Notes: generated by a model from the letters alone, not told the origin. Shown: positions 13,935 to 28,070, numbered from the stretch's first letter. The stretch: DNA of 64,000 bases from Leptogorgia sarmentosa (GCA_964658305.1 OZ210884.1:3906001-3970000), one strand, 5' to 3'. Translations and numbers: made by a program.

Positions 13935-16900
13935 TAGCATCTTTCACCTTTATAGTCGTCGGAACAGTGGCAGCACCCATCTGGCAAAACGTGAGAAAAA
14001 GTCGGGCTTAATTACTGTAAAACTTGCCAAAAGAAATAACAATTTCCCGGATTCTTATTAAAAACCGCTAAAAAAGCCATCTTCAAAATTTTCTCGCTCG
14101 CCTCGTGAGATTCCGCCTCCTCGCTGCCTGTTCAAATAAATACCATGACCATGCTCTTCAGTCGGGCAAAATACCGTAACAACCCCCCCCCCCCTTTTTT
14201 ATCATGTACTGGTAAATGAGAAATATTTGTTTCGGAAAAAATCTCAATTTGGGCCCCCTCCTGATGAACAGCTGCCACGACGTCACTTCGTGGGAACATT
14301 TCATTGTATCTGCTGATTTATTTGAATAGAGTTTGCAAGCCTTTGCGAGCTTTGTTTCGTCCGGTCCGAAAAATCGTTCGGTTTTTCTTTCGGCCCTCCA
14401 AATTTCGTAATTACTTCTGCCAAAATTGTGAGAATGTAGTACTGAGGATGCTGAGAATGTAGTAATGATGATCTTGAAAGATTTTTTACAATATCAGATT
14501 TATAAAATAACCGGAAGTAAGTGAACAAGACTGCGCGCATGTGATTGGCTAACAGCCGTGTTAATGTGAGATTATGTAAACACAGCTATTTCCCGCTGCT
14601 TCTCGCTATTGCGTTATTCCGCTTTGGTCATCGTGTTATTTTATAAAAGTTTTTCGTTTCGTTAAACACATTTCTCGTTCTCCCAAACTTGCACTCGTGT
14701 TTACATAACTCGATGTAGACATGGAAAATGTTTTCTATTCCTTAAATATCAAACGACAAGAACTTCTAAACAGAATAATTAGTGCTATAATAACAATCTC
14801 GCAGCTGGCAAAACAATAGCATAACTCATTATCCGTTACATTGCCATTTCTCTTTAACATTTAGACTTACTATTTCATTCAACCGAAGACAACTGGCCTT
14901 AGTATCATCAGAAATATCTTGGAACAGATTGAAAACATTAGTTCAGATTGTAATGAAGATGACCCAATCAATGGAAATGGGCAATCCATGTCGTCTGATA
15001 ATATTCAGGGTCCGAAAAAAGGAGTAAATGCAAACCCAAGCAATGGCTTTGAGCTAGTGGAGCTACAAACTGTTGAAACAGATACGCGAAGAGAGAAAGT
15101 TATTCCACTTTATGATCCAGATGACGCTGTTGTTAATGTGTTCCTTATTCACAGCAGCCTGAAATCAGCGCTAGCTTTGGCACCTTTTGCCCAGGGTTTT
15201 CAACAACAGGTAAATTTTAATGGAAAGTGAACATATTAAATGTCATAAAAATTTGTCTGGCCACAATATTGAACGTGCAAACAAGGTTTGGTGAATATAC
15301 CTCTAATTTACCATCCTGAGCTTAATATATAAATTTGCTTTTTTAACAATAGTAGGGCATGTAAAGGACGTATTATGGTAATACTTTTGCATTTTCCTAA
15401 ACCAGTGACATATAAAACCCTCGAAAAAACAGTGAACCAATGTTTAGGAATATTTAAAATTAATGGAACCTTCTAATTTTCATCTAGCAAAAAGCATCAA
15501 CATTTCCGAAAAAAATTTCTGCACTTTTCACAATTTGTGACTTAAACTTCAAACAAATTATATTAACCATATTTGAATCTAATCAGAATTTGTAAGGAAG
15601 TAAAGAGTTTAAACTGGAAATTTTGGCAAATTTGCAAGTATCAATATAACTTTAACTGCATGGATAACATATTCCATTTTATCAATTAAACGAAACATGT
15701 TGTGTAGAGTACGTTATACAGTGCCAATAGCTATTTACTGAATAATGGATAGTAACTATATTTTTCTTGACCTTATGCATGTTCTAAACACAATATGTAT
15801 ATGCCGTTTGCCTGTGCAGTATAGAGTGGCAGCAATATAGGTCGGTACACGAAAATGTTCGTGAATTTCGACAGTACATTCATTGAAATGGCGTGTTTTT
15901 GCAGCATTAACACATGATACGTATTGTAAAATTGCAACATTTTCTTCAAAATTGCGTATCTAAATTTAGACAAGTGTTGCATTGTATGGTATTGGCTTGG
16001 ATGATGCTTCTTTTCAGAGGAGTGATTATGGAACTGTTCTGACTCTCGCACAAAGATATGTGGGCCTTATTAAAGAAATTCAGTCACATGGTCCGTATTA
16101 CCTCGGTAAGAAATTCAGCAAAACTTCGTCGAATGCGATGTGATTATCGGTATAATTCTCACCGGATGAAGTCGAGGTGCATATTCACCATAGCCACTGA
16201 GTCACTATATTACTGCATGGCCACAATTTTCAGCAATTATATTTATACTAATGTGCTCTTATAACCTTGTTGTAGCGGGCTACTCCTTTGGTGGTACCGT
16301 AGCGTATGAAATGGCCAGTGATCTGAAACGAAGTAATGAGACTGTCGCGATGGTATTCATGATAGATACCTACGCGTGGTTTCCTAAAGCTTTGACGAAC
16401 TGCAGTGAATATTTAAGAAAGGGCGCAGTAGAAAATATGAAGTCAGCCGAAACGTTTGTGGTAAATTTACATACACATTACTTATTAATTTCCGTGTAGT
16501 GCATTTCGATTTATCGTCCCACGGAATAGACACTAATATATAACAGACAGATACTAATAGTCTTACTAAGTTATATTCATTCCATTTGGCCTAACAAGTT
16601 TGGTTGGAATACGGGGAGGGAGTAACTGTAAATATACTAAGGTAACAAATAATTATTTCGTTATATTAATTATTTGTTTTAATTTACAGACAAGGCAAGT
16701 AATTGAAAAGGTGGCTTTTGTTGCGCTGGGTATAACACAGAATGAACTGAATGATTTGTACAAGGAGTTTGTCGACGATGAGAAAGTAATAGCGGCTTTG
16801 GAAAGCCATGCTACCGAGAAAAACGTGGATTTTTCGTTGAAAGATAATGTTGAAACTGTGCGTTACGAAATAAAAGCCGCCACTAAGGCTCACAATGAGT

Positions 16901-19814
16901 GGCAACCGTCCAAGGTATCTTTCTATTTGACGTTTTATCGAATTGGATCAAAATCAATAGACCGATTGCATGATGGACAAAATTTAAAGAAGATCAAAAT
17001 AGTAATATGATCAAATTAAAGTACAAACAGCGTTTAAGAGCATCCCAAAGTTGGTAAAATTTGAAAGTTTGGGTTTGAGAAATGTTGTAAAATGTGAAAA
17101 ATACACCCCCGCGAAATTTTCAAATTTTGTTAATTTTATAGTATTATACACGCAAAATTAGCACTTTTTTCACACACAAAACAATGGTCAGATGTTCTGG
17201 AGTATAGATCACTGAAACCGTGTTGTAACTATCACTATATACGCATACGTACATGTTGCGAAGGAGGATAAGGAGAATGACTGTTTCCAGATCCGTTTCG
17301 AAATTATCCGAAGTACAAATGAACAAAATTAAAATATTGTATGTTTCGAAGAATATCAGAATGTCCTCTTTTTGCCAAGTTGCAAATGCGTATAGATACT
17401 TCTTTTTACATCTTACAGATATGTTACAACGAAGCAATAACATTCATATGCTGTGATGAAACCAGCTCGTTTAGAATATGGAACCCTGAAATATGGAAGT
17501 CGTTGGTTAAAAGAATGGATTCTTTTTACGTTTCTGGAGGTCATTTCGAATTATGTGATGAGACTCGTGGCAAAATATGTGGTTCTATAATGATGACAAC
17601 AGCATCAATGAAGCATCGTTCAACGTTTTCAACTTTTAAGTTGCAAGTGGTCAGATCCAGACCCCAAGAGCGCCTCGTGCAGTCACTGAAGCAAGGCATG
17701 GACATTTGGATGTTGCCGAATCCAGGTATGATACGGAAACGTGACTGTCCAGGAAAACGACAACAGCGTTTCTGGCATCTTAATGTACAAGCGTTAGAAA
17801 AATGTCGCCCCACCCCTTTGCCCCTCCCAAAATTTTGTGTCCCTCAACCTTGGTTTTATTGAATTTTATGATTTTGCTTTTAAGCCTGACTGCTTTGTTT
17901 TTTAATGCAAGCATTTGTCCTGTTGCGGAGCCTGATAAACATGGTTCCTTTATATATTAGAACTGAAAAAACGTGTGCAGATAAGCGCCATATTAACCAT
18001 TGAATTTTATGGTTTCGCTCTAGGATCTTCAAAAGTCGTCAAAGGCATCCTGTTTTTGGATCAAGAAGAAACAGTGTTCAGATTTGAATACGAGTCGCTT
18101 GGACGTCGAAAAACGCGAAAGACTTTCCTAAAAGGTAATTAGTATAGGTAATCGCATGGGGCCGAGTAGCGACGAGGGCAATTTCTGAAACTTTGTGAAA
18201 ACACGCGTGAAATTAATCCTTAATTTTATACGAGGACCCAATGCGATTACATGTTAATCATATTGAAGACAAGATCCATTCAAACATAAATCGCTATAGA
18301 AGTTGATGTCCACTTCAGGTTTTAGATTCGGCACTTCGAGCGGCACTATATAGTTAATAATGTCGCTTAAAAACGTTGGGAAATGAAATAAACGATATAT
18401 ACAAATATATAACGATATATATCGATTTCACATGCGACAAACACTGCGAGGAAGCCATTAGTCCGACATGAAATGAACACGTAGAGAAAGCCCCATTTGA
18501 AACTGTTAAGTCTATTTCGTCAGAAACTAGTGTAACTACAGGGTGTTTCAGTTTTGTCGACACCTAGCTATGTCGCCATTATATCTGGTTGCTTCAACTT
18601 ATTTATATTATATTATTCAGAGCTTACCAACATCCTACCTGGCAGACATATCAACGCAATTAGAAAGAACAATGTCAACAAATCTCGCATAAATTCCCTG
18701 ATATGTATGATCACCAACAAAGGCAAGTTGATGACGTTCCATCCGAGCGATTGGCAACAACTTCAACAACTTACAGACGCGTTGCGAGCTCTCTTTGGGA
18801 TACCGTTTATGCAATAACTGTCGTATTTGTATCGATCTATGTTTAATTAATTATATATCACTTGCTTTTTTAATACAAGACTATATAATACGTTTATATG
18901 CACTAGAGCAAGTTTTCCGAATTCGTTCAAACATCTGAGGTAAAATTCTAAAACGCAAGAACAAAATTAATCTTCTAGTTTTTCATACTGTTACATGCAT
19001 GATCGTCGATGCACGAGAAAGAAAATCGTCATCATGCATTATATATTTTTTGCTGTGCTTTTCGAGCAAATTAATAGAGCAACAAATTTGAACAAAAAAG
19101 TAAACCCGCAAAAAATTCACACGAATTCTTTGTATGGAAGAGGAGTATTTCTCCTATCGCATTAATTCATTTGAACGAAGATTTGTTTTCTTTGGGTTTT
19201 GATGGTATCTAATGTTCGTATCCATGCGAAGTGTGAACAAACACCAAAACTGCTGAGTGAACTACTGAGGAGTTTCGTCATTGGCTGAAGCTTTCCTGAA
19301 TTCTGTATCGTACTCAGTTTGGCAATTTTCTAGGAGTTAAATCAATTTGGTGTGAAAGATAAAGAGAAAAATTGTAACGAAACGGCAAGCTTTGCTCTTA
19401 TGCTCTTTTCATAATATACAGTAGTATAACACTTAAAGTTGGGGATGGTTAATAATTTATGTGGTAAATTTAGATGTAAAAGTATAATATAATTATATAA
19501 GTAAATTACGTTTTCCATAGTTGAAAATTTAGCCAAGATCATCATATAATTGTAATGGGTTTTAATAAAATAAAAATCTTTAAATATGTAAAATGAGAAC
19601 GGAAGAACCTTTTTACATTCGTATTTCTGGGAAGTAGGTAGCACATTCAGGTCAGGATTATATTAATAAAAGTAAGGAGCTTCAGGGATAGTAATATTAA
19701 AAATCACTCGTCTCTATAATATTTGTTTCCAAACAACTTTGATCCAAACTAACTGCATTGGTGCGTTTTTGCATGGAAAAAGAGAGAAATATCACAGAAT
19801 TTTAATATCTAAAA

Positions 19815-20504
19815 TGGGTGGGTGGGTGGGTGGGTGGGTGGGTGGGTGGGTGGGTGGGTGGGTGGGTGGGTGGGTGGGTGGGTGGGTGGGTGGGTGGGTG
19901 GGTGGGTGGGTGGGTGGGTGGGTGGGTGGGTGGGTGGGTGGGTGGGTGGGTGGGTGGGTGGGTGGGTGGGTGGGTGGGTGGGTGGGTGGGTGGGTGGGTG
20001 GGTGGGTGGGTGGGTGGGTGGGTGGGTGGGTGGGTGGGTGGGTGGGTGGGTGGGTGGGTGGGTGGGTGGGTGGGTGGGTGGGTGGGTGGGTGGGTGGGTG
20101 GGTGGGTGGGTGGGTGGGTGGGTGGGTGGGTGGGTGGGTGGGTGGGTGGGTGGGTGGGTGGGTGGGTGGGTGGGTGGGTGGGTGGGTGGGTGGGTGGGTG
20201 GGTGGGTGGGTGGGTGGGTGGGTGGGTGGGTGGGTGGGTGGGTGGGTGGGTGGGTGGGTGGGTGGGTGGGTGGGTGGGTGGGTGGGTGGGTGGGTGGGTG
20301 GGTGGGTGGGTGGGTGGGTGGGTGGGTGGGTGGGTGGGTGGGTGGGTGGGTGGGTGGGTGGGTGGGTGGGTGGGTGGGTGGGTGGGTGGGTGGGTGGGTG
20401 GGTGGGTGGGTGGGTGGGTGGGTGGGTGGGTGGGTGGGTGGGTGGGTGGGTGGGTGGGTGGGTGGGTGGGTGGGTGGGTGGGTGGGTGGGTAGGTAGGTA
20501 GGTA
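19815..20504 (+). repeat. (GGGT)n microsatellite of about 170 units ending in (GGTA)3-4; potential G-quadruplex
   Basis: Directly visible; it ends about 28 bp from the stop codon of the orphan ABCC exon. Confidence 0.97.
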
Positions 20505-20532
20505 CATAGGGGCTACTTTAAATACATAAAAA

Positions 20533-21449
20533 TCAATGGAAGTTTCCTGAAGATAGTTCCAATAGTTGTTTCAGCAAACTACCTTCCTTATCTAACAGAG
20601 ATTCGGGTGTTCCACAGTCAACGACTTTTCCTTGATCCAAGATCATTATTCTGTCACTGTCCAAGATTGTAGTCAAACGATGCGCTATAGTTATGACAGT
20701 GCAATCTTTGAAAACCTCTCGAACAATACATTGTATTTCTTCATCCGTTTCTCCATCCACCTTGCCCGTCGCTTCATCAAAAATTATAATCTTGTTCTTC
20801 TTCAGTAGAACTCGTGTCAAGTGCAAAAGTTGTCGTTCGCCCAAACTAAAGTTTGAATCACTTGAATTAAGTTCATTCTCGAGTTTTCTAGGCAGATTTG
20901 AAATAGCAGGTGTCATTTTAGTCTGAGCAAGTGCCTGCCATAGTTCGCTATCTTTGTGTTCTCCCAAAGGATCAAGATTGACTCTGATTGTACCGTTCAT
21001 CAAGATTGGAGCCTGGGAGATAACGGAAATTACTTGTCGTGAAGATGCCACATTGATCTCTCTTGTATTCAAACCATCCACGAATATATCTCCCTCAGTA
21101 AGGGCGAGTCTCGTCAACGCCGCCACCAATGATGACTTGCCAGCTCCCGTACGTCCCACAATTCCAATTTTTTCTCCTGGTTTCACTTTGAATGAAACAT
21201 TGTGCAGCACTTTAGGGCCATCTGGGTAATACCGCATTGACACACCTTGGAATTCGATTCCGCCGGCGTTTGGCCATTCCTTAGGGAGGTACTCTGGAAG
21301 AGATTGCCCAGGCTCTGGTGGGATATTGGTGTAAGCTAGAGCACGTTCTGCCGACGTCATATAAGTATTAAAATCTGCATTATATCGGATCGCTAAATTT
21401 ATTGATTCTGTGATGCTTACGACGTAAACGATGGTGATTGGAGCAAGTG
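20533..21449 (-). pseudogene. Orphan duplicate of the ABCC terminal exon (last TM segment plus NBD2)
   Basis: Collinear with 49470-50386 and keeps the acceptor site. I found no copies of the upstream ABCC exons between 21.7 and 28.4 kb. There are 9 amino-acid differences from the intact exon. Confidence 0.85.
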
Positions 21450-23538
21450 CTGAAAGGAAAACATAGCAGAAACTGGTAATGCAAGTGTCAACATGCCGTA
21501 TAGTATTATAAAAGAACTTTAATATATGGCCAATGTAGGTAGCATAGAACAATAGGGAGTTTAAGCTTCGCGTATTCCACGAAACTTCAAACACGAGGAT
21601 CCCGTTTATCGTTCATATTTGACGTTTCTGGAACGGTACATTAAGCTTCGGATTTCTCCTTGTTTCCCTTCAGGAATTAAACAACACAATTATACTCGAC
21701 AAAATAACACCTAAATTAGAGTCTTAATATCATTGTAGTCAATTTCCTGGACCTTGATTGGCTAAAAAGCTTCAACAACTGTGCGAATTAAACATTAATT
21801 ACACAGGTGTGTAATTAAGACGAGAATTTTCTGTATGTCACGTATCTCGCGCTCAAAACTTTCGATATACAAACGATATACAAATTTCAAATTTTGAGGT
21901 TTCTCAATCGACAGACTCACTTAAAAAGCTTGATGGATTCATAATTAATGATATAAAACGACAATAGAGAGATTTTGGAGGGTACGCCAAAGAGAAAATT
22001 ACATTTGAAATTTTGCATTTATTGTTGAAATCAAGGCTTCATTTATATTGCGCTGGTTATACAAACATTGATGCTCATAATTTTTATATTTCTTTTAGTT
22101 TCTCAATACCCAGACATACTTTCAAAGATAGTAAACTGATTTGTCGAGACAATAATCATAGAATAATTTGATTTTGAGAGGAACGCCAGAAAGATTTCGG
22201 GTTTTGAACACATTTCGTCGAAAATACGCGACATAGATATAGGATATTACACGGTTGCGAGAAGATATGGATTTTATGTTCTCGTGGCAAGAACAATATC
22301 TCACGAGTGAGCGCACGAACCGTGTAATGTTCTGTTTATTATATGGACTTATTCAGAGTGACACAAATACACAACAACTACTCTTTTAATGAAAACATGC
22401 AGTCTAAAACACGACAATTAATGGCTTTAAAATTAGCCTTTACTAAATATAGATTATAAAATACCGCTTTATTGTAGTTTATTGTAGTAGCTTTATTGTT
22501 CGTCGCAAAACGTACTAATATCGTCTTGGCTTAAATTCACAAACCTTGAAGTAGAAGCCATTTGTAAACAGCGAAAAAGGCGGGAAGGTTATGTCACCCC
22601 TAAGCGTGACATACGAAAAATACGCGCACCGTATCCCGGATGTAGTGGCGTATGAGTTCTACGAGTGTTTTAGTTCCCAATAAAATACCGCTGTCCATAT
22701 AATAAAAAAAATTATATATCCTCTTAATTTTTCAAATACCACACTTCGATACATTATAAAAACAAATAAATAAACGCTTATCAACGCTATGATTCTTGTT
22801 TTTTTTGTCATTTATTGTCAACTTTGCACAAAAAGGTTTAGTGAACGTGTACTACAATGATATTAATACGAAATTACACTTGTTCTCGAAGTATTAATGA
22901 AAAATTGCACTTGTGTTTGGCGAAATACCGCGAGTGCGAACCGTGTAATTTCCTTATACTAATTCAATCTATTAGACTGATTTATTATTCAAACCGTTGA
23001 AGGATTGAAATTTTCAATCTTTTGAATTAAGAGAGTACTGCATATAGATTGGAGACTTTGAATATGTTATATGTATTGAGATATTTTTTTCTCTGCACTC
23101 ATGAGATTAATTAATAACATTGATTAGAATGAGCGCACGTATCGAGGGAGTAAGGAAAGGAAAGGAAGTTATCACTCATCTAAATGTAAGTAATTAGTAT
23201 TCCCTCATTCTCACATATTGAAGCTTGTATTCGTTTCTAGCATGTATATATCGCTTGTACTGCACTCTATACACACAGATAACGGGTATTGAGATAGAGA
23301 TTGTTACGCTGAATCGAATGGTGGTATTTGTTTTCTTATTCGGCAAATAAAACCGGAGATATGACCAAGCATAGTTTCCCGACCTCAAGGTCTGGAAATA
23401 ATATGGGTACGTCGGTAAGTTAAGTAGTTATTATATGTATATAAATAAACCTAAAATAAACTACGCCTTCCGTGGTTTTGTTATAGGAATATATTGAAAA
23501 GCTTCAACAACTGTGCGAATTAAACAATAATTACACAG

Positions 23539-23963
23539 GGGCCGGTTGTACGAAGCCCGTTTAACCTAAACGGCGGATAAGCTGAAAAATAAAAACAAGT
23601 CTATTAATTCATTGAACAACAAAACTGAAAGTTTTCAACATGAACAGAACATCTATGACTGCCACTACGTATTTAGTGCATGAAATTTAAATTCATACGT
23701 TTACAAGAGTTGTGAGAGTGTTATTAAATTTTGGCTTATCCACCGTTTAGCTTAAACGGTGGATAAGCCCAGAATATAAAACAAGTCTATGCATTGCTTG
23801 AACCGTCAAAATAATATTTTTCGATCTAAAAAGAACAGTTATGTATACCACAACATATTCAGTGTTTAAAATTTATTTTCAGTTATTCACAAGACGAATG
23901 GGAGTGTAATTTAAATTTGACTTATCCACCGTTTAAGCTAAACGGGCTACGAACAACCGACCC
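23539..23963. mobile_element. Harbinger-like MITE with CAG (CWG) TSD and an internal dimeric structure
   Basis: TIR GGGCCGGTTGTACGAAGCCCGTTTA / TAAACGGGCTACGAACAACCGACCC with a CAG TSD. An uninterrupted target ttacacaggtgtgtaa is present at about 21799-21814. Confidence 0.82.
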
Positions 23964-24059
23964 CAGGTGTGTAATTAAGACGAGAATTTTCTGTATGTCA
24001 CGTATCTCGGTTATATAAATAAACCTAAAATAAACGTGACGATTAAACCATCTAAAGTA

Positions 24060-24234
24060 AACCATGACGACTCTCACTGACCTCGTAGCATTTGCCGTTA
24101 GCTGTCGTTCCATCTTTCCAGCAATTCGCTTCTTCTGCAGTAACAATTTGTTCTGCTTTCTTAATGCTGGTGACATTTTTTGTTGGTTGCATGTGGTTCG
24201 ATATCAAACGAGTAAATGCTCAACGCAGAGATTT
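24060..24234 (+). pseudogene. Isolated fragment of the Patched-domain coding sequence (sterol-sensing domain)
   Basis: Near-identical to 2810-2995 (TMTTLTDLVAF...NAQRRD), with an 11-nt deletion (cgtacgctgca) at a ctgca microhomology. Confidence 0.9.
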
Positions 24235-25899
24235 TCTAAATAAATTCAAGCGATTGAAAATTCATTCTACTTATCGGTAAAAACAATCTCTTTGAAATTT
24301 TTTTTTACGGACCAAAGTTTTTCTATTGAAAATCAATTCTGTGGGCGATAGTATAAATTAAAATAGTATAAATTGGAAAAAATTGAGAAAATAGTATAAA
24401 TTGGTAAACTATATAGAGTGTATTTAGGCTAATTGAATTCAGCTCAATTTGCTCATAAAATTTTCTCAATCTCGAATTATATATAGTCAAGATATCGATG
24501 GGAAAATTATACGAGGACTACCTAAATATCTTGGTTTCGTCTGTTTCGTTATAATAATTTACGCAGTTTACAGAAGTTAGAAGTTATAGAAGTGAGTAAT
24601 GGTTGTAAACAAAGTGTTCTGAATAAGAAGACGGTATTGGGATGTCACCATGCAAGAATCTAGACCTTATTTTCCTTTTTCTCCAATGTTTATTTACTCT
24701 TGGTACCAAATAATTTTCATATTCTTTTCATTTAGTGTGACCGTTGCTAGGAATGATGAGCGGAATAACGAATGGTAAAAGCAATGGTATTTACAAGATT
24801 AGCAAGCCTAGGTGAGTCATATAGATGAGGTGAATATGGGAGATATCTTCCCTATTATCGTTTACCATTGAAAAACTGCTTTGGAATGTCTCAATTTTGT
24901 TGAACATGCGTTTCTTGTTTGGTATTTTGGGCAATAGTGCATGCAGTTTATGAGTTGGATCTTGGTTGATATAACATGTTCAAATGATTTAAAAGCGCCA
25001 AATCAATGTAATCTCCTGCGTTTAAGTAACATTTTAGTGTTCAGTTGTGTAATGCGAAGTCACCACTTGTTATTTTGACATCCCAAAGAATTCGAGTGTT
25101 CAGAAAGGCGTTTATATTGCGACCGAAATCTGGAAAACCGTATCGCTCGCCGATTTTCAATATAGAAATGTAGGAGGAACAGCATTTGATTCTCGAGTTC
25201 TCGAGTCACTGATAAGTCTATAATTATTAATTTTTATATATCTATATATTAAAATCACTTTTATATTTCATAAATGACAAATTTTCCTATGTGTCAAAAA
25301 TAAAAGCTTCAACCAACAAAAATGTAGGACCCAAACTTATTTTGCAATAAAAATAGGTATTTTTGTTTATCTTAAACTTTTCATTGTAGCTTTAACCGTC
25401 ATTTAAACCATGAATAAATCGACGTATTTCGAATGGTGTTATTTTTAGCTTCTTGCTTTTCGTGGAAAATTGGAGGTCTCCGAATGACCAGTGTTTTTAT
25501 CAATTTTTCGACCTTATAGACTCAGCAATTCCCCGTTGGAGGGGCTAGGTCCCCCGACGAGGGGGCTATCAAATAAAACCTACATGATAAGGCACAGCGG
25601 AACGAAAATTAATATAGGGAGAGGGAGGGAGCTCAGTGGCATAAATTTTGAGAGTCAAATTTTGAGAATTTGAGATCTGTAGATCGTCGCAAATGCCATT
25701 GTCGAGGTCTCATATACATTGGAATATTTTTCTGAAATAACGATTAATCAAATAATTATCCGGCGGCGAATGGTATCCCGCCCCTCCCCTAACGTTTCCG
25801 ATTCAGGCAAACGATTTTCTTTTCAGTTTCTTTGTAAAACAGTGGGGGGACTACAGCACACTAGTCCCCTCTCTCCCGGGCCAGATGATACATTAACTG

Positions 25900-26200
25900 T
25901 TATTAATAGAATCATACTCGTATACTATTGCAAATGCTGCAATTTCATTTGCTACTCTACTCGCTATCTATTCCTTGATAGATAGCGAGTAGCAAAATAC
26001 GTGAATTTTGGTTCAAGAAAATGTCTTCCGAGACGCGGTTTTAAATTATTTTTTGCAATATTTTCATGTTTGATCTCTAATTCTACTAAAACAATTAGAT
26101 TACTCGCTCTCGATTTCTACGAGATCATAGTTGATTCGGGCTTCGCCCTCATCAACTATCACCTCATAGAAATCGAGAGCGAGTAATCTAATTGTTAAAT
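25900..26200. mobile_element. Hairpin-bearing dispersed repeat
   Basis: Terminal palindrome at 26089-26196 (AACAATTAG...CTAATTGTT), with the same ends as 13819-13929 and 54187-54261. Confidence 0.55.
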
Positions 26201-27540
26201 AGTTTATGGTGGTTATATGTGTGTGGGAACCACAGCCCGCGAACGTCATGCACTGCCACTGGGGTTGGCGCTGAGCCTGAGCGAGAAATGTTTAGGAATT
26301 TGGAATCTCTAGATGGTCGGAAATGGCATCTCGGGTGTCTTCCATATACCTCTTTCAGGGAGAATGAACATTGCACCAAGATTATGTTTTCATGATCATA
26401 ATTTCTTGACGAAATTCCCTGGCGGGGGGTGGCTGGGGGGGGGGGGGTAAGCTCCCCTACAGGGGACTGTAGCCCTTCCCTAGCCCCTCCTTGGCGCCAC
26501 CCATGTCTCTGGCGTCTTGATGTCTTTGTTTTATCTCATGCTTTCAATAAGTCTAAAATCTATTGGGACGTCCTTGTTTATAGTCGGGTTTTTTTATTTT
26601 TTCGCTAGCTAATTTTTGATTTGTTTGTTTTGCGAATATTAATTTCCATTATCGTGCGATTTATTTAAATTATTTTAATGATATAACAACCATTTAAAGG
26701 CAAGATTTATCTGATTTAAAATTTGCATAACAATAAAAAAAGGACTGGGTATACTTAACAAAGATTCAAGCACGACTTCAATGCCCCTTGAATGATATCA
26801 TTCCCCGAAAATATCATTCCTGTTATTCTCAGTTGAATGATCGGAAAAATTTACCAATAAAAAATCTAAATAAAGAGATTATACGAGTACGCGCGCTTAC
26901 TAAGTAAGTAAATCCCAAAGAAAGTGATCCCGCAAAAAAATTCTGCAGGCGGAATTAGTTCCTCGGTGCCACCGGAAGGCAACGGGCAAGGAACTGGTTA
27001 GTTAATCCCAAGTATATGGTCAACACTAGTACAAAAATCTGTTGGTGTCATTAGTTCGTAATCCGATGTTAAGTGTACTAAACAAAAATCATAAATGTCA
27101 ATGAGAATTAAACGCGAAATATACCTAGCAGCTGTCTGTACTTGACTATGGTTGAGATAAATTGATCTCTCGCCAGTCTCCCGCCCAATTTATGTATTGT
27201 AGAATCCTGATTCGTGTCCAGGGCGATGTCTGATTTCTGGTGAACCGCAATTTTTCTTAGTCACAGGGGAGGGGGGGGGGGGGGGATGATATAGCAAGTT
27301 TCGTGAAATCGTGTTTGTCGTGCGCTTTTCGTCCGTATGCAAATACATTGTTTATTCGTTTCGTGTATGGTCAAGTGCGGAGGTCATGCAATCAGTTCAT
27401 ACAGAATTTCATATAGTATAACTTATAGTCAATAAGGGAGTAATTCAGATAAAACGAGGGTTAACCGACTTACAATGTGTGACTTTGTCTAATTTTAAGT
27501 TTTTTAACACCCGAAATCATGCCTTTGTTCGAGTCGTTAT

Positions 27541-28070
27541 ATATAGGATATTACACGGTTGCGAGAAGATATGGATTTTATGTTCGAGTGGCAAGAACAA
27601 TATCTCACGAGTGAGCGCAGCGAACGAGTGAGATATTGTTCTTGCCACGAGAACATAAAATCCATATCTTCGAGCGAACCGTGTAATGTTCTGTTTATTA
27701 TATGGACTTATTCAGAGTGACACAAATACACAACAACTACCCTTTTAATGAAAACATGCAGTCTAAAACACGACAATTAATGGCTTTAAAATTAGCCTTT
27801 AGTAAATATAGATTATAAAATACCGCTTTATTGTAGTTTATTGTAGTATTCTAGCTTTATTGTTCGTCGCAAAACGTACTAATATCGTCTTCGCTTAACT
27901 TCACAAACCTTGAAGTAGAAGCCATTTGTAAGCAGCGAAAAAGGCGGGAAGGTTATGTCACCCCTAAGCGTGACATACGGAAAATACGCGCACCGTATCC
28001 CGGATGTAGTGGCGTATGAGTTCTACGAGTGTTTTAGTTCCCAATAAAATACCGCTGTCCATATAATAAA
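27541..28070. mobile_element. Hairpin-bearing dispersed repeat; a second copy at about 22239-22705 lacks most of one hairpin arm
   Basis: The two copies are near-identical over about 400 bp. Palindrome at 27549-27688 centred on GAGCGCAGCGAAC. Confidence 0.7.

Larger units (their letters stand above)
1586..18817 (+). pseudogene. Second, near-identical copy of the Patched-PKS gene, frameshifted at the end of the Patched domain
   Basis: Exons: ~1634-7496, 8118-10658, 11256-11534, 11840-12204, 14865-15209, 15970-16105, 16276-16460, 16690-16914, 17419-17725, 18024-18134, 18621-18817. It reads gctatGTactgccc at 4131-4144 where the other copy reads gctatactgccc, which gives a stop at 4152-4154. The downstream PKS frame and splice sites remain intact. 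It could be a true pseudogene, a split gene, or a consensus error. Confidence 0.75.
1..21705 (+). repeat. Segmental tandem duplication, unit A (5' end lies outside the window)
   Basis: Position 1 aligns to 28450. Collinear to about 21705/51080, with an offset of 28853-28857 across the PKS gene. Confidence 0.95.

Noticed and set aside
19739..20507. Long GWVG and PTHP repeat ORFs
   Set aside because: They are translations of a stop-free (GGGT)n microsatellite.
20533..21594. Stand-alone 353-aa ABC ATPase gene
   Set aside because: The N-terminal part is intron read-through; it is a duplicated terminal exon.
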